Assembly (NCBI RefSeq): GCF_004010195.1
Contig: NC_057718.1
Location: forward strand, 69,206,346-69,249,147
Reading direction: 5' to 3'
Source of the DNA: Chiloscyllium plagiosum
Taxonomy: Eukaryota
Length of the DNA: 42,802 bases
Positions 11,182 to 22,699 of this stretch are shown here, one piece after another. Each line of letters begins with the position of its first letter. Within the stretch, counting starts at the first letter, position 1. Position numbers and translations under genes: made by a program. Below the pieces are notes generated by a model, which was not told the DNA's origin, ran no database searches, and saw only the letters and a program-made list of their open reading frames with translations.

Positions 11182-12372
11182 CTGTTCAAGTGTGTTGGTA
11201 GGTTTGTGGACTATCATGATGTCAAGGGTCTGAGTCGTCTGGAAGTCACTTTTTATATGTCTTTGATGTAAGGTAATATGGCTTTAGCTTTTGGTTGAGA
11301 TGTGTCTGCTTGTTTGGGTTTGTTTCTGAGGAATTGGCAGATTGTGTTATTGGGTACCCATTTTTCTTGAATACGTTGTATAGATATTTTTCTTCTTTTT
11401 GTAGTTTTTGGGTGCTGCAGTGTGATGTAGCTCATTGAAATAATGTCTTGATGCAGCTCCATTTGTGGGTGTTGGGATGATTGCTTCTGAAGTTAAGTAT
11501 TTAGTCCGTTTGTGTTGTTTTTCAGTCGATGCTGGTTTGAAGCTCTCTGTTAACTATACATTCAACTGTCACGTCTAGGAATGGCAGTCTGTTGTTGTTC
11601 TCCTCCTCTTTTGTGAATTTTATGCCTGTAAGGATGTTGTTGATGGTGTTGTATGTTTCATCTAATTTGTTCCGTTTTGTGATGATCAAGGTGTCATCTA
11701 CGGAGTGGACCCAAAGTTTGGGTTGGATAGATGGGAGGGCAGCTTGTTCAAGTCTCCACATTACTATTTCTGGTTTGACCCCTGACATTGGTAGCCCACA
11801 AGCCTACCAACACACTTAAACAGCAACTAATGAACCTAAAGGATCCATTAGATATCACCAGTAAGCTAACGTAATTTACAAGATACCATGCAAGAACTGT
11901 AAAAAACATCACATCGGACAAACAAACAGGAAACTTGCCACGAGGATACATGAATTCTAAATGGCCACCAAAAGACACGACCCACAATCACTAATTTCCA
12001 TACATATACACAAAGAAGGACACCAATTTGACTAGGACAACATACACATCCTCGGAAAGGCGAAACAAATACACACATGAGAGTTCTTAGAGGGATGGCA
12101 TTCTAACCTGATGTCCATCAATAAACACATCGACTTAGATCCTATCTACCTTCCCTTGAAGAAAAGAACCGGAAATGACTTCACCCACCTTAAGAAACCA
12201 AGCCCTAGAAATAAAGAGGCAGGACATACCACCAGCTCTTCACCAGAGACTGTCACTGATGATGCTACCTAGCATGGCGGCAAAACGTCTGAAAACAAAC
12301 CTTCAAGCTCAGCGAGCTAACTTACATACTTATCATCAACTTGAGTTACAAATCTTCTCAAACATCTCTAAG
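11182..12372. mobile_element. Poseidon-like PLE: inverted RT segment (-) joined to GIY-YIG plus terminal repeat (+)
   Basis: Minus ORF 11522-11788 IQPKLWVHSVDDTL...IKFTKEEENNNRLPFLDV; plus strand NVIYKIPCKNCKKH.IGQT; hammerhead remnant. Confidence 0.9.
12253..12292 (+). ncRNA. Hammerhead motif, probably inactivated (GAAA to AAAA)
   Basis: tca-CTGATGA-t-gctacc tagcat ggcggc-AAAA-C-GTC-tga. Confidence 0.6.
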
Positions 12373-14045
12373 TCATAGAGATGTACAGCACCGAAACGGA
12401 CCCTTCGGTCCAACTCATCCATGCCAACCAGATATCCTAACCTAACCTAGTCCCATTTGCCAGTACTTGGCCCATATCCCTCTAAACTGTTCCTATTCAT
12501 TTACCCCTCCAGATGCCTTTTAAATGTTGTAATTGTATCAGCCTCCTCCACTTCCTCTGGCAGCTTATTTCATATAGGCACCACCCTTTGTGTGGAAATG
12601 TTGCCCCTTAGGTCCCTTTTATATCTTCTGTGTCCTGTAGTTCTGCACTACACCACCGCAGGGAAAAGACCTCATCTATTTATCCTATCCATGCCCCTCA
12701 TGATTTTATAAACCCCTAAAAGGTCACCCCTCAGCCTACCAAAGCTCCAGGGAAAACAGCCCCAGCCTATTCAGCCTCTCGCCATAGCTCAAATCCTCCA
12801 ACCCTGGCAATATCCCTATAAATATTTTCTGAAACCTTTCAAGTTTCACAACACCATTTACTGTGGAGATGGACATAGAAGATATAGAATGTGAGGAAAT
12901 AGATGATGACATCTTGAAAAAGATCCATATTACAGAGGAGGAGGTGCTGGATCTCTTGAAATGCATAAAGGTCAATAAATCCCTAGGACCTGATCAGGTG
13001 TACTCTTGAACTCTGTGGGAAGCTAGGGGAGTGATTGCTGGGCTGCTTGCTGAGATATTTGTATCATCGATAGACACAAGTGAGGTGCCGGAAGACAGGA
13101 GGTTGACTAACATGGTGCCACTATTTAAGAAAAGTGGTAAAGACAAGCCAGAGAACTATAGACCAGTGAGCCAACATCAGTGTTGTGCAAGTGTTTGGAG
13201 GGATTCCTGAGGGACAGGATGTATATGTATTTGAAATGGCAAGGACTGATTCGGGATGACTTTGTGCGTGGGAAATCATGTCTCATGAACTTGATTGAGC
13301 TTTTTAAAGAAGTAACAAAGAAGATTGATGAGGGAAGAGTGGTGGACATAATCTATATTGACTTCAATAAGGTATTCAACAAGGTTCCCCATGGGAGACT
13401 GGTTAGCAAGGTTAGATCTTATGGAATATAGGGAGAACTAGCCATTTGGATACAGAACTGGCTCAAAGGTAGAAAGACAGAGGGTGGTAGTGGAGGGTTG
13501 TTTTTCAGACTGGAGGCTTGTAACTATTAGTGTGACACAAGGATTGGTGCTGGGTCCACTGCTTTTCATTATTTATATCAATGATTTGGATGTGAGCATA
13601 AGAAGTACAGTTAGTAAGTTTGCAGATGACACCAAAATTGGAGGTGTAGTGGACAGCGAGGAAGGTTACCTCAGATTACAACAGGATCTTGATCAGATGG
13701 GCCAATGGGCTGAGAAGTGGCAGATGGAGTTTATTTTAGGTAAATGCGAGGTGCTGAATTTTGGAAAAACAAATCACAGCAGGACTTATACACTTAATGA
13801 TAAGGTCCTTGGAAGTGTTGCTGAACAAAGAGACCTTGGAGTGCACGTTCATATTTCCTTGAAAGTAGAGTCACAGGTAGATAGGATAGAGAAGAAGACA
13901 TTTGGTATGCTTTTCTTTATTGGTCAGAGCATTGAGTATAGAAGTTGGGAGGTCATGTTGTGGGTGTACAGGACATTGATTAGGCCACTTTGGAATATTG
14001 CAAGTAATTCTGGTCTCCTTCCTATCAGAAGGATATTGTGAAACT
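12373..14045. mobile_element. CR1/HER1-type LINE with inversion: 3' end on minus (12373-12853), RT on plus (~12856-14045)
   Basis: NYRPVS, KSCLMNLIELF, DFNKVFNKVPH, QGLVLGPLLFIIYINDLD, SKFADDTKIGG; the two parts abut at ttgtgaaact in element coordinates. Confidence 0.92.
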
Positions 14046-14085
14046 CATGTTTTATTCTCTGTCTCACCATGTAGCTACTTTTAGG

Positions 14086-14257
14086 GGTAAAAACAATGAC
14101 TGCAGATGCTGGAAACCAGATTCTGGATTAGTGATGCTGGAAGAGCACAGCAGTTCAGGCAGCATCCGAGGAGCAGTAAAATCGACGTTTCGGGCAAAAG
14201 CCCTTCATCAGGAATACAGGCAGAGAGCCTGAAGCGTGGAGAGATAAGCTAGAGGAG
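14086..14257 (-). mobile_element. Solo PLE terminal-repeat fragment (Neptune-like subfamily)
   Basis: Homologous to the reverse complement of ~8300-8466; contains an intact hammerhead core. Confidence 0.85.
14180..14215 (-). ncRNA. Minimal type-I hammerhead ribozyme motif, core intact
   Basis: Minus strand attc-CTGATGA-a-gggc tttt gccc-GAAA-C-GTC-gatt. Confidence 0.8.
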
Positions 14258-15395
14258 CTGTGAGTGTGACTATGTCCAGATACGGCCATCATCATCCCTG
14301 GATATATCCTGTTCCACTGACAGGACAGACACAGTAAAGGTGCAGGCACAGTGATAGTTGGGAGTGAGTTGCCCTGGGCATCCTCAGCATTGACTCCGAA
14401 CTTCATGACGTTTCATGGCTTCAGGTTAAATACTCAAGATGGAGGAAGCTGCACAAATATCGCTATCTTCACTGATGAAGACCCAAACACATCAGTGCAA
14501 AAGAGAAGGCGAAAGCATCACAGCAATCTTCAGTCAAGTGCCAAGTGGATGATCCAACTCAGTCTCCATTAGTGGTCCTCAGCAGTACAGATATCAGTCT
14601 TCAGAACTTTGATTTACTCTGTGATATCAAGAAATGACTGGAGGCACTGCATAGTGCAAAGCCTATGGTCCCTAACAACATTCTAGCAATAGTACTGAAG
14701 ACTTGTGCTCCAGAATATGCTGCTCCTATAGCCAAGCTTTTCCATTGCAGTTATAACGTTGGCATCTACCGGACGATGTGGAAAATTGTGCAGGTATGTC
14801 CTGTACACAAAAAGCAGGACATATCCAAACCAATTACCCCCCCAATCAATCTACTCTTGATCATCAATAAAGTAACGGAAGGTATCATTAACAGTGTTAT
14901 TGAGCAGCACCTACTCAGCAATAACCTCTCATGTGACGTCCAGTTTGGGTTCCACTATGGCCACTCAGCTAAGGTGACAGTGATAGCCCTTGACGTCAAG
15001 GCTGCATTTGACTGAATGTGGCATCAAGAAGTCCCAGAAAAACTGTAATCAATGGGTATCAGAGGGCAAACACTCCGCTGTTTGGAATCATAACTTTCAC
15101 ATAGGAAGATGGTCATGGTTGTTGGATGTCAATCATCTCAGCTTCAGGGTAATGTCCTAGGCCCAACCATCTTAAGCTGCTTCATCAATGACTTTACCTC
15201 AATCATAAAGTCAGAAGTGGATTTGTTCACCGATGATCACACCATGTTCAGAACCATTCACAACTCCTCAAATATTGAAGCAGTCGATGTTCAAATGCAC
15301 CAAAATCTGGAGAATAACCGGACTCAGGCTGGCAAGTGGCGAGTAACATTCATGCCACATAAATGCCAGTCAATGACTATCTCCAGTAGGAGACA
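14258..15395 (+). mobile_element. Decayed LINE (CR1/L2 group, distinct family) ORF2 with large deletions
   Basis: VLKTCAPE, WKIVQVCPVHKK, ALDVKAAFD, GNVLGPTILSCFIND, LFTDD motifs. Confidence 0.85.
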
Positions 15396-17878
15396 GAGTC
15401 AAAAAATGTGGTACTAGAAAAGCACAGCAGGTCAAGCAGCATCTGAGGAGCAGGAGAGTCGATGTTTCAGGCATAAGTCCTTCATCAGAAATGTGGAGGG
15501 AGTTGCCAAGGGGACTGAGCGATCAATGGGAGGTAGGTGGGGCTGGGGAGAAGGTCGCGAGGAAGGCAGTAGTTAGATGAAGGTGGGAAGTGATGGTGAT
15601 AGATCAGAGCAGAGGGTGGAGTGGATGGGTGGGAAGGAAGATGTACAGGAAGGACAGCTCAAAAGGTCAGTGCCAAGTTAGAGAGTTGGATCTGGGATAA
15701 ATGGGGGGAAGGAGTGATGAGGAAACTGGTGAAATCGACATTGATTCCATTTAGTTGGAGGGTCCCAAGGCGGAAGATGAGGTGTTCTTCTTCCAGGCGT
15801 TGGGGGCTAGGATTTGGCAGTAGAGGAGGCTTGGGACTTGCCTGTCCTTGGCGGAGTGGGAGAGGGAGTTGAAATCTTCAGCCACAGGACAGTGGGGTTG
15901 TCTAGTGTGTGTGTCCCAGAGATGTTCTTTCAAACCTTTACTCGTAATATCATGATCACACCTACTCCAGAGACTGTATCCGCCCCCACTCTCTACTCCA
16001 ACTCAACACCAGGTCCGAATCCCAAGCCTTGTCTTGTTTTTACCATCCTCCCAGACCTCCCCCTCACTGAGGATGAATGATAAGTCTTCTGTAAAGATTT
16101 CACCTTCATCCCACTACGCTCCCAGATCAACTAATTCCACACGTGTCGCGACATTTAAATTTTCTTCTGCCGCCTCTGTCTCCGTGCTTACTTTTTCCAT
16201 CAGGACTCCCACCTGTCCTCCAAGGTCCCTTTCACCCATCTCCAACGTACTCCATCCACTTGGACACCCTGTGTTGGTCTGTTACCTGCCTTCAATCTCC
16301 AACTGCCGCCGTGACATAGACTGACTCAACCTGTCCACCCCTCTAATCCACTCTATTCTCTAACCCTCACTACGTGCAGCCCTCCACTCCCTCCGGACAA
16401 TCCCCAGTGGACCAGTGGACAAAGGGGGCGCAGTGTCGGTTTTTCATGATAACTTGTACACCGCTGAAGCCAGGCGCCAACTCATGGACACCTCCTCCTT
16501 CTACCCCATCGACCACGACCTCACCTCCCATCACCAAACTATCATCTCACAGACCATGCACAACTTTATCACCTCTGGGGATCTCCCATCCACAGACTCC
16601 AACCTCATAGTCTGGGAACCCCGCACCACGTGGTTCTACCTCTTACCCAAAATTCACAAACCTGACTGCCCCAGTCGACCCACCGTCTCCACCTGCTCCT
16701 GCCCCATCAAACGTATCTCCTCATACCTTGACAACGTCCTGTTCCCCTTGCTACAGGATATCCCCACATACATTTTGGACACCACCCACAGTCTCCACCT
16801 CCTCCACGACGTTCGTTTCCCCAGCCCCCAATGCCTCATCTTCACCATTGACATCCAGTCTCTGTACATGTCCATCCACCGTGACAAAGGCCTCTCAGCC
16901 CTCCGTTTCTTCCTCTCCAGCCGACACAACCAGTACCCTTCAACTGGCACACTCATTTGATTAGCTGAACTGGCCCTCACCCTCAATAATTTCTCCTTTG
17001 AATCTTCCCACTTCCTCCAGACCAATGGGCTAGCCATGGGCACTCCCATGGGCCTCAGCTATGCCTGCCTCTTCGTTGGATATGTGGAACAGTTTACATT
17101 CTGTAGTTATACTGGCATCATTCCCCACCTTTTCCTCCACTACATTGATGACTGTGTCGGGGCTGCCTCATGCTCCCACGAGGCAGTTGAACAGTTCATC
17201 AGTTTCACAAACACCTTCCACCCTGACCTGAGGTTCACCTGGACTATCTCAAACACTTCCCTCCCCTTCCAGGACCCCTCCATCTCTATTTCCGGCAACT
17301 GACTCAACACTGACATCTAGTTCAAACCCACCGACATCCACAGCTACCTGATCTTTACCCCCTTCCACTGCCCTCCCCACCCCGTAAAAACACTATCCCT
17401 TACTACCAAATCTTTCGCCTCTGTTCCCAAGAAGAGCAATTCCATGCCAGAACATCTCAGCTAGCCTTCTACTTCAACGACGGCAATGTCCCCTTCTCAT
17501 GTGGTCAACAATGCCCTCCAGTGCATCTTCTCCAATTCTTGTACCTCCACCCTTGAACCCCACAGCTCCAACCACAATAAGGATAGAACTCCCTGGTCCT
17601 TATCTTTCCATTCCACAATCTCTGGGTACAATCCATCATCATATACCATTTTCGCCACATACAGTCAGACCCTACCACCAGAGATTTATTTCCCTCCCCA
17701 CCCGTTTCAGCATTGCACAGAGACTATTTTCTCCGCGATTCACTCGTTAGGTCTACGCCCCCACAAACCCACCCTCCACTCTTGGGAACTTCCCTTGCCA
17801 CCGAAAGAGGTGTAAAATCTTCGCCCCTCACCTCCGTCCAGGGCCCCAAAGGATCCTTCCACAACCGACATAGATTCA
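15396..17878. mobile_element. Neptune-like PLE: terminal repeat plus GIY-YIG end (-, ~15396-15935) joined to an inverted RT ORF (+, ~15940-17878)
   Basis: DKGGAV, FYLLPKIHKPDCP.RP, FTIDIQSLY, GLAMGTPMGLSYACLFVG, FLHYIDD motifs with stops; minus strand KEHLWD. Confidence 0.93.
15457..15490 (-). ncRNA. Hammerhead motif, partly decayed
   Basis: Minus strand CTGATGA-a-ggac ttat gcct-GAAA-C-ATC. Confidence 0.55.
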
Positions 17879-17879
17879 T

Positions 17880-18343
17880 ATAGAACTCTGAGCGCAAAAG
17901 CTGCATGAATTTATGTAAAACTCTGTTATCTCACTTTTTAGATTAGAATCAATCTAAACATCAGGTCATAGACAGAGAACACAGGGGGCTAACACCTTCA
18001 ACATATTGTCTAGCTGTCACTATTGTTAACAGCTAACCCGAGAATGCAATTTTAAAAAAAAGGGTTTTGTGATTTATACATGAAAGAAGTGAAACTATCA
18101 CTGTATTCTAACAGATGAAAGGCTTAACAGACAATCAATTTTTCAATGTATAATTTCAGTTACATCACACTGCAAATTTTTGCTATAAATTCTGTGTTAC
18201 GATCGAGCCCTCCACAATCACCTGATGAAGGAACGTCGCTCCGAAAGCTAGTGTGCTTCCAATTAAACCTGTTGGACTATAACCTGGTGTTGTGTGATTT
18301 TTAACTTTGTACACCTCAGTCCAACACCGACATCTCCGAATCG
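17880..18343 (+). mobile_element. Non-coding repeat, probably the 3' or terminal repeat of a third PLE family
   Basis: 3' part is repeated at ~39936-40035; carries a hammerhead with an AGCU stem III. Confidence 0.75.
18219..18253 (+). ncRNA. Minimal type-I hammerhead ribozyme motif, AGCU/CUA variant
   Basis: cac-CTGATGA(18222-18228)-a-ggaac gtc gctcc-GAAA-G-CTA-gtg. Confidence 0.8.
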
Positions 18344-18364
18344 TGAATTAAGAAAGTATGAATG

Positions 18365-18605
18365 AACATGTGAATGAGGAGAAAGATAAGTTGACTCAGC
18401 CCCACAAGCCTGTAACACCATTCATTAAGATCATGGCTGATCTGATTTTAACCTTAAATCTACATTCCTGGCTACCTGCTCACACTTCCTTGCTTCTGAA
18501 GAATCTATGTACCTTTTTCTTAAAAATATTCAAGGACTATACTTCCAGCAACTTTTCAGAATGTCAGTCTGATAACCCACTGAAAGAAAGATCATTCTCT
18601 CTGAA
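18365..18605 (-). mobile_element. CR1-type LINE 3' end fragment
   Basis: Similar to 5590-5800 (ccattcattaagatcatggctgatctg...aatctat). Confidence 0.6.
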
Positions 18606-18909
18606 AATCTGTGAATGATCTAAAAATAAAAATGCAATGTTAAATTGCTTTAAAATTTATGATAACTATCGTCTAAAATATCTCATTCCTTTTGGTCAGA
18701 ATAAGAAGTGCTTCTTCCATCTTTCCTACCACTCAACATTTCTATGCCAGGTCATTTCAAGTACCTTGTTGTCTGCCAACTCTTACAGTCTCGGTAAAAT
18801 TCTGGCCCAGGAGTATGCTTTAACTTGCAGTTTTATCATCTGGAAAAAAGTTCACTTTTCATCGCTTGTGTCCCAGCTTCCTTTGGTGAATGTTTGGTAG
18901 CTTTTGACT

Positions 18910-19113
18910 GGGGCTGAAAATGTGTTGCTGGAAAAGCGCAGCAGGTCAGGCAGCATCCAGGGAACAGGAGAATCGACGTTTCGGGCATAAGCCCTTTTCA
19001 TGCCCAAAATGTCGATTCTCCTGTTCCCTGGATGCTGCCTGACCTGCTGCGCTTTTCCAGCAACACATTTTCAGCTCTGATCTCCAGCATCTGCAGACCT
19101 CACTTTCTCCTCA
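18910..19113. mobile_element. Fold-back non-autonomous PLE terminal-repeat derivative with 12-bp TSD
   Basis: 76-bp inverted arms 18913-18988 and 19000-19075 with 2 differences; TSD tagcttttgact at 18898-18909 and 19114-19125. Confidence 0.93.
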
Positions 19114-19529
19114 TAGCTTTTGACTTGATATAGTTTGCTCTAAACTTTGAAGGTTTTCAACCTGCTGAAACTATGATGAGAGGCTTGATGTCATGTTTAA
19201 CAGCACATCAAAAGAGAAGGCCATTACATTACATGTTTTGGGGTATCAGCTAGTATCTGATCTGAAAACCTATTTTGCTATACATAGAAGAGATACATGG
19301 AGGTGAGGGACAGAGGTTATTTTCCTTTTTTATTTCAAAATTACATTCTATTCATTCAAAAATCTGTACATATTTGCAGGTACTAAAGCAGTTCTGTACA
19401 GTTTTTGCATATCAAAAAAAGCAAACATTGGAATTTGACACTCCCTGAAGTTACAAAAAGCAAAGGTATTTCTTATACCTGCAAAATGCTATTTGCATAC
19501 ACTGTGTCAACAAGAGGTCTGATAACAGA

Positions 19530-22500
19530 ACAAACCATCGTTATACTTCGGCAGAAAGACCTTAGACAGTGGTCTTTCCTCACTGTGCTTTGGCAGTAGC
19601 TACCCCAAGCTTTATTGTGTCCTTTAGCATGTAGACCTGGACCTTGGAATGTGCCAATCCGCGACACTCAGTCAAGGTCAACTCTTTACACTTGAAGACC
19701 AATAAATTTCAGGCAGACCAAAGAGCATTGATCACAGAGTTGATGGTCCTCCAGTGGAGTTAATGTTTGTCTCAATGTGAATCCCAGGGAATAGCCTGTA
19801 GAGCACAGAGTTCTGTATAACAGCGCTGCTTGGGATGAACCTTGACAAAAACCATTGCACCTCTCTCTAGAACTTCTTTGTAACGGCACATTCCAAAAGA
19901 AGATGCGTAACAGACTCTTCACTGTCACAGCCACTTCGAGGCAGGATGCTGTGACACACAGAGATCAGGCGTTCATGAAGAATCTGACAGGCTGTGGCCT
20001 TTTCACCACTAGCTTCTCACCATTACTTATTGCGGTGAGGCATTCTGCCTATTAGCTTTGACAATCCTCTCAGGGAGGGAAATGTGTTGCTGGAAAAGCG
20101 CAGCAGGTCAGGCAGCATCTAGGGAACAGGAAAATCGACGTTGTCCCAGAGGTGTTCTCTGAAGCGCTCCGCAAGTAGGCGGCCTGTCTCCCCAATATAG
20201 AGGAGGCCACATCGGGTGCAAAGGATGCAATAGATGATATGTGTGGAGGTACAGGTGAATCTGTGGCGGATATGGAAGTTTCCTTTGGGGCCTTGGAGGG
20301 AGGTGAGGGGGGAGGTGTGGGCGCAAATCCTCTCAGGGAACCATGTGACAGGATCCACTCTCTTCTTTCTCTATGTGCTGATGGACTTGTGGTCAAAGAT
20401 GTCTTTCTTTGCAAATTTTTCCACAAGAGACAGGTGATACAAGACAATCCAATTATTTGGCATGTCCCTCAGCTTTGATACCAGATCCACCTTCACAACA
20501 CCAGAGACAGGTAAAACTGCCAGGGACACTTAGTGTTTATGTACAAAAGATCTATGCAGCACAAACAAAACTGGCCATCAGGATGTGGGCAGCATTGGGT
20601 ACATCTTTCCTCCCCTTATCCAGAACCTTTGTACATAATGTCCCTATGGACATGGTCCATCTTTGACCTCCAGATGAAGTGAAGTGGAAGGTGGCAAAGG
20701 CACTGGTTTGATGAATGGACCAGGCCTGTGTTATGTGTAACAACACTGGCAGTACCTCACATCCAATAGTCAGTTTGTTATATACAATAGAGAGGGAGTG
20801 CCTCACCTGGGCAATACGCTCCTCACAAGTTTTTGCACATATCCCATCCCCTCCAAACCATATTTTCAGCACCTTTAGATAACTTGTCCTGATGGTGAAG
20901 GGGATAAAAGACCCAAAAGACATGGCATCACTCTTGCCAAGATTTACCTTGGCTACCAAGACCTTTTCGAACTGGTCACAAATGATCTTGAGTCTGTGCA
21001 CTGACAGAGGATCTGAACCAAAAACAATGACCTCATCCAAGTACAGAGAGGCTTTGACCTGCAGGCTTCCACTGCCTGGAATAGTAACCCCTTTCTGATT
21101 CACATCCTTACGATCCTATACAATACACAAACAAGGCAGCAGAGAGTGGACAGTTTTGTCTGACTCCAGATCTGATTGGGAAACCTTCTGATTTCAAATC
21201 ACTGATTGAGACTGCATGGACGATATTGGTGTAGAGCACTCACATCTAATTCTGGATTCCATCCTCAAGTTGCATTTTGGTGAGCATGTCCCGCATGTGT
21301 GTGTGTGATATCACGTCAAAGGCCTTGTCTTGGCCCAGGCTGTTGAGGCAGGTCCCCCCACGCCTGTACTGAATATAGGTCATTGTATCCCTGAGGAGAG
21401 TGAGGGGGTCTGACATTTTCCTGACTAGTACAGACAGGGTGAAACAGGTTAGGGTGAAACACCAATCCCAGAACAGACCTGACTGGTTGACGATGACCTT
21501 AGAAAGATTTTATAATCTGTGTTAAGCAGTGAAATTGGTTGCCAATTTCTAATTTCCTTCTCTTCCCCCTTCTGCTCCTAGATGAGGGTGAATATATCTT
21601 TCCTCAACGATTCGCACATGTTACCAGCCAGATACATACTGTCGTACACCCCCAGGAAGTCCTGGCCAATCCTTTCCTACATTGCTGAATATAACTTAGC
21701 CAGTAAAATGTCACTTCTTGGCATTTTATTCTTTTCAAAAGGACTCGAGGGCCTTGGTCAGCTCATTCAGAGACAATAGTTGATCCAGAGTCTCCCACGT
21801 GCTGTCATCTAAGACTTTGGAGGCCATTCTGTCTATAGGCTTCTTGTCAATACATTCTAGCATAAAAGAATTTGTTGATTCTCAGGCTATTAGTCTGAGA
21901 TGATGTTATCAAACTATCTTCTTCCTTCACAGGCTGTTGATCACAGATCTCTCTTTGTGCCCCACTGGAAGAAGTGATGCAAACATGTCTCATCCTACTC
22001 CACAGAGCAGACACTGGAAGAATATCTTGGAAGCCTCTGAGACAAAGAGTGAGAGTTACTGGCTATTCACCTTCTGGAGATCCTCCTTGATATTGATTCC
22101 CATTATCCATAGCAAGAGTAGATTCTGCATATTTTTCTGGAGTTTTGACAGTTTCATCCTTCACTGTCTCACCTTCTGAACAACTTTGAACATGAAAAAT
22201 CTCTTGATGCTCATCAGCTCCTGGACATCGTCATGGGAGCTGATGAAGAATGGCTGGATGCTCACTATTTACTGCCGAAGCCTACACATTAATTAGTATC
22301 AAGGGAGCATTTCTGTGTAAAAGAACTGCCATAAGGAGGTGCCCACCCACCATCTCCTTAACTTTGGAGAAGGTGAAGTTGCCTCCTTACAGCAGAATAC
22401 ACAGGCTGAGGAATAGCAATCGTTAGCTCTTGAAAAAGTCGAAGGTCTGTGAGTCCACAAGCTTGGACATTCCTGTAACTGCTGAGTTGTGGTATCCCAC

Positions 22501-22620
22501 ACTGCTGCAGAAACGATGCTTGGTGTTCAGCAGCTAAGCCAAAGTGGAGACACATTACATAGTGACTTTTACAGTACACATGCTTATGCTGGCAATTTTC
22601 AAATTGAGATTTTATTAAGT
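19530..22620 (-). pseudogene. Tx1 ORF2 remnant (APE endonuclease plus RT)
   Basis: LKIAS, FLQQCGIP, NWQPISLLNTDYKI, QDKAFD, GVRQ.CPLS, GVTIPGSGSLQVKASLYLDEV (YMDD-equivalent); many frameshifts and deletions. Confidence 0.85.
20077..20325 (-). mobile_element. Internally deleted Neptune-like PLE fragment inserted in Tx1 ORF2, 14-bp TSD
   Basis: RFTCTSTHIIYCILCTRCGLLYIGETGRLLAERFREHLWD fused to the terminal repeat; TSD aatcctctcaggga at 20063-20076 and 20326-20339. Confidence 0.92.
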
Positions 22621-22699
22621 CACCACAATGAAGATTTAAAACTGGCCTGTTGCTTGGTGGGCTCCTGCATCTCTGTGGTATGGAAGAACTCTTGCACCT

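Noticed and set aside
10518..11271. Long ORFs of ~200 aa
   Set aside because: Artefacts of the 500-N gap
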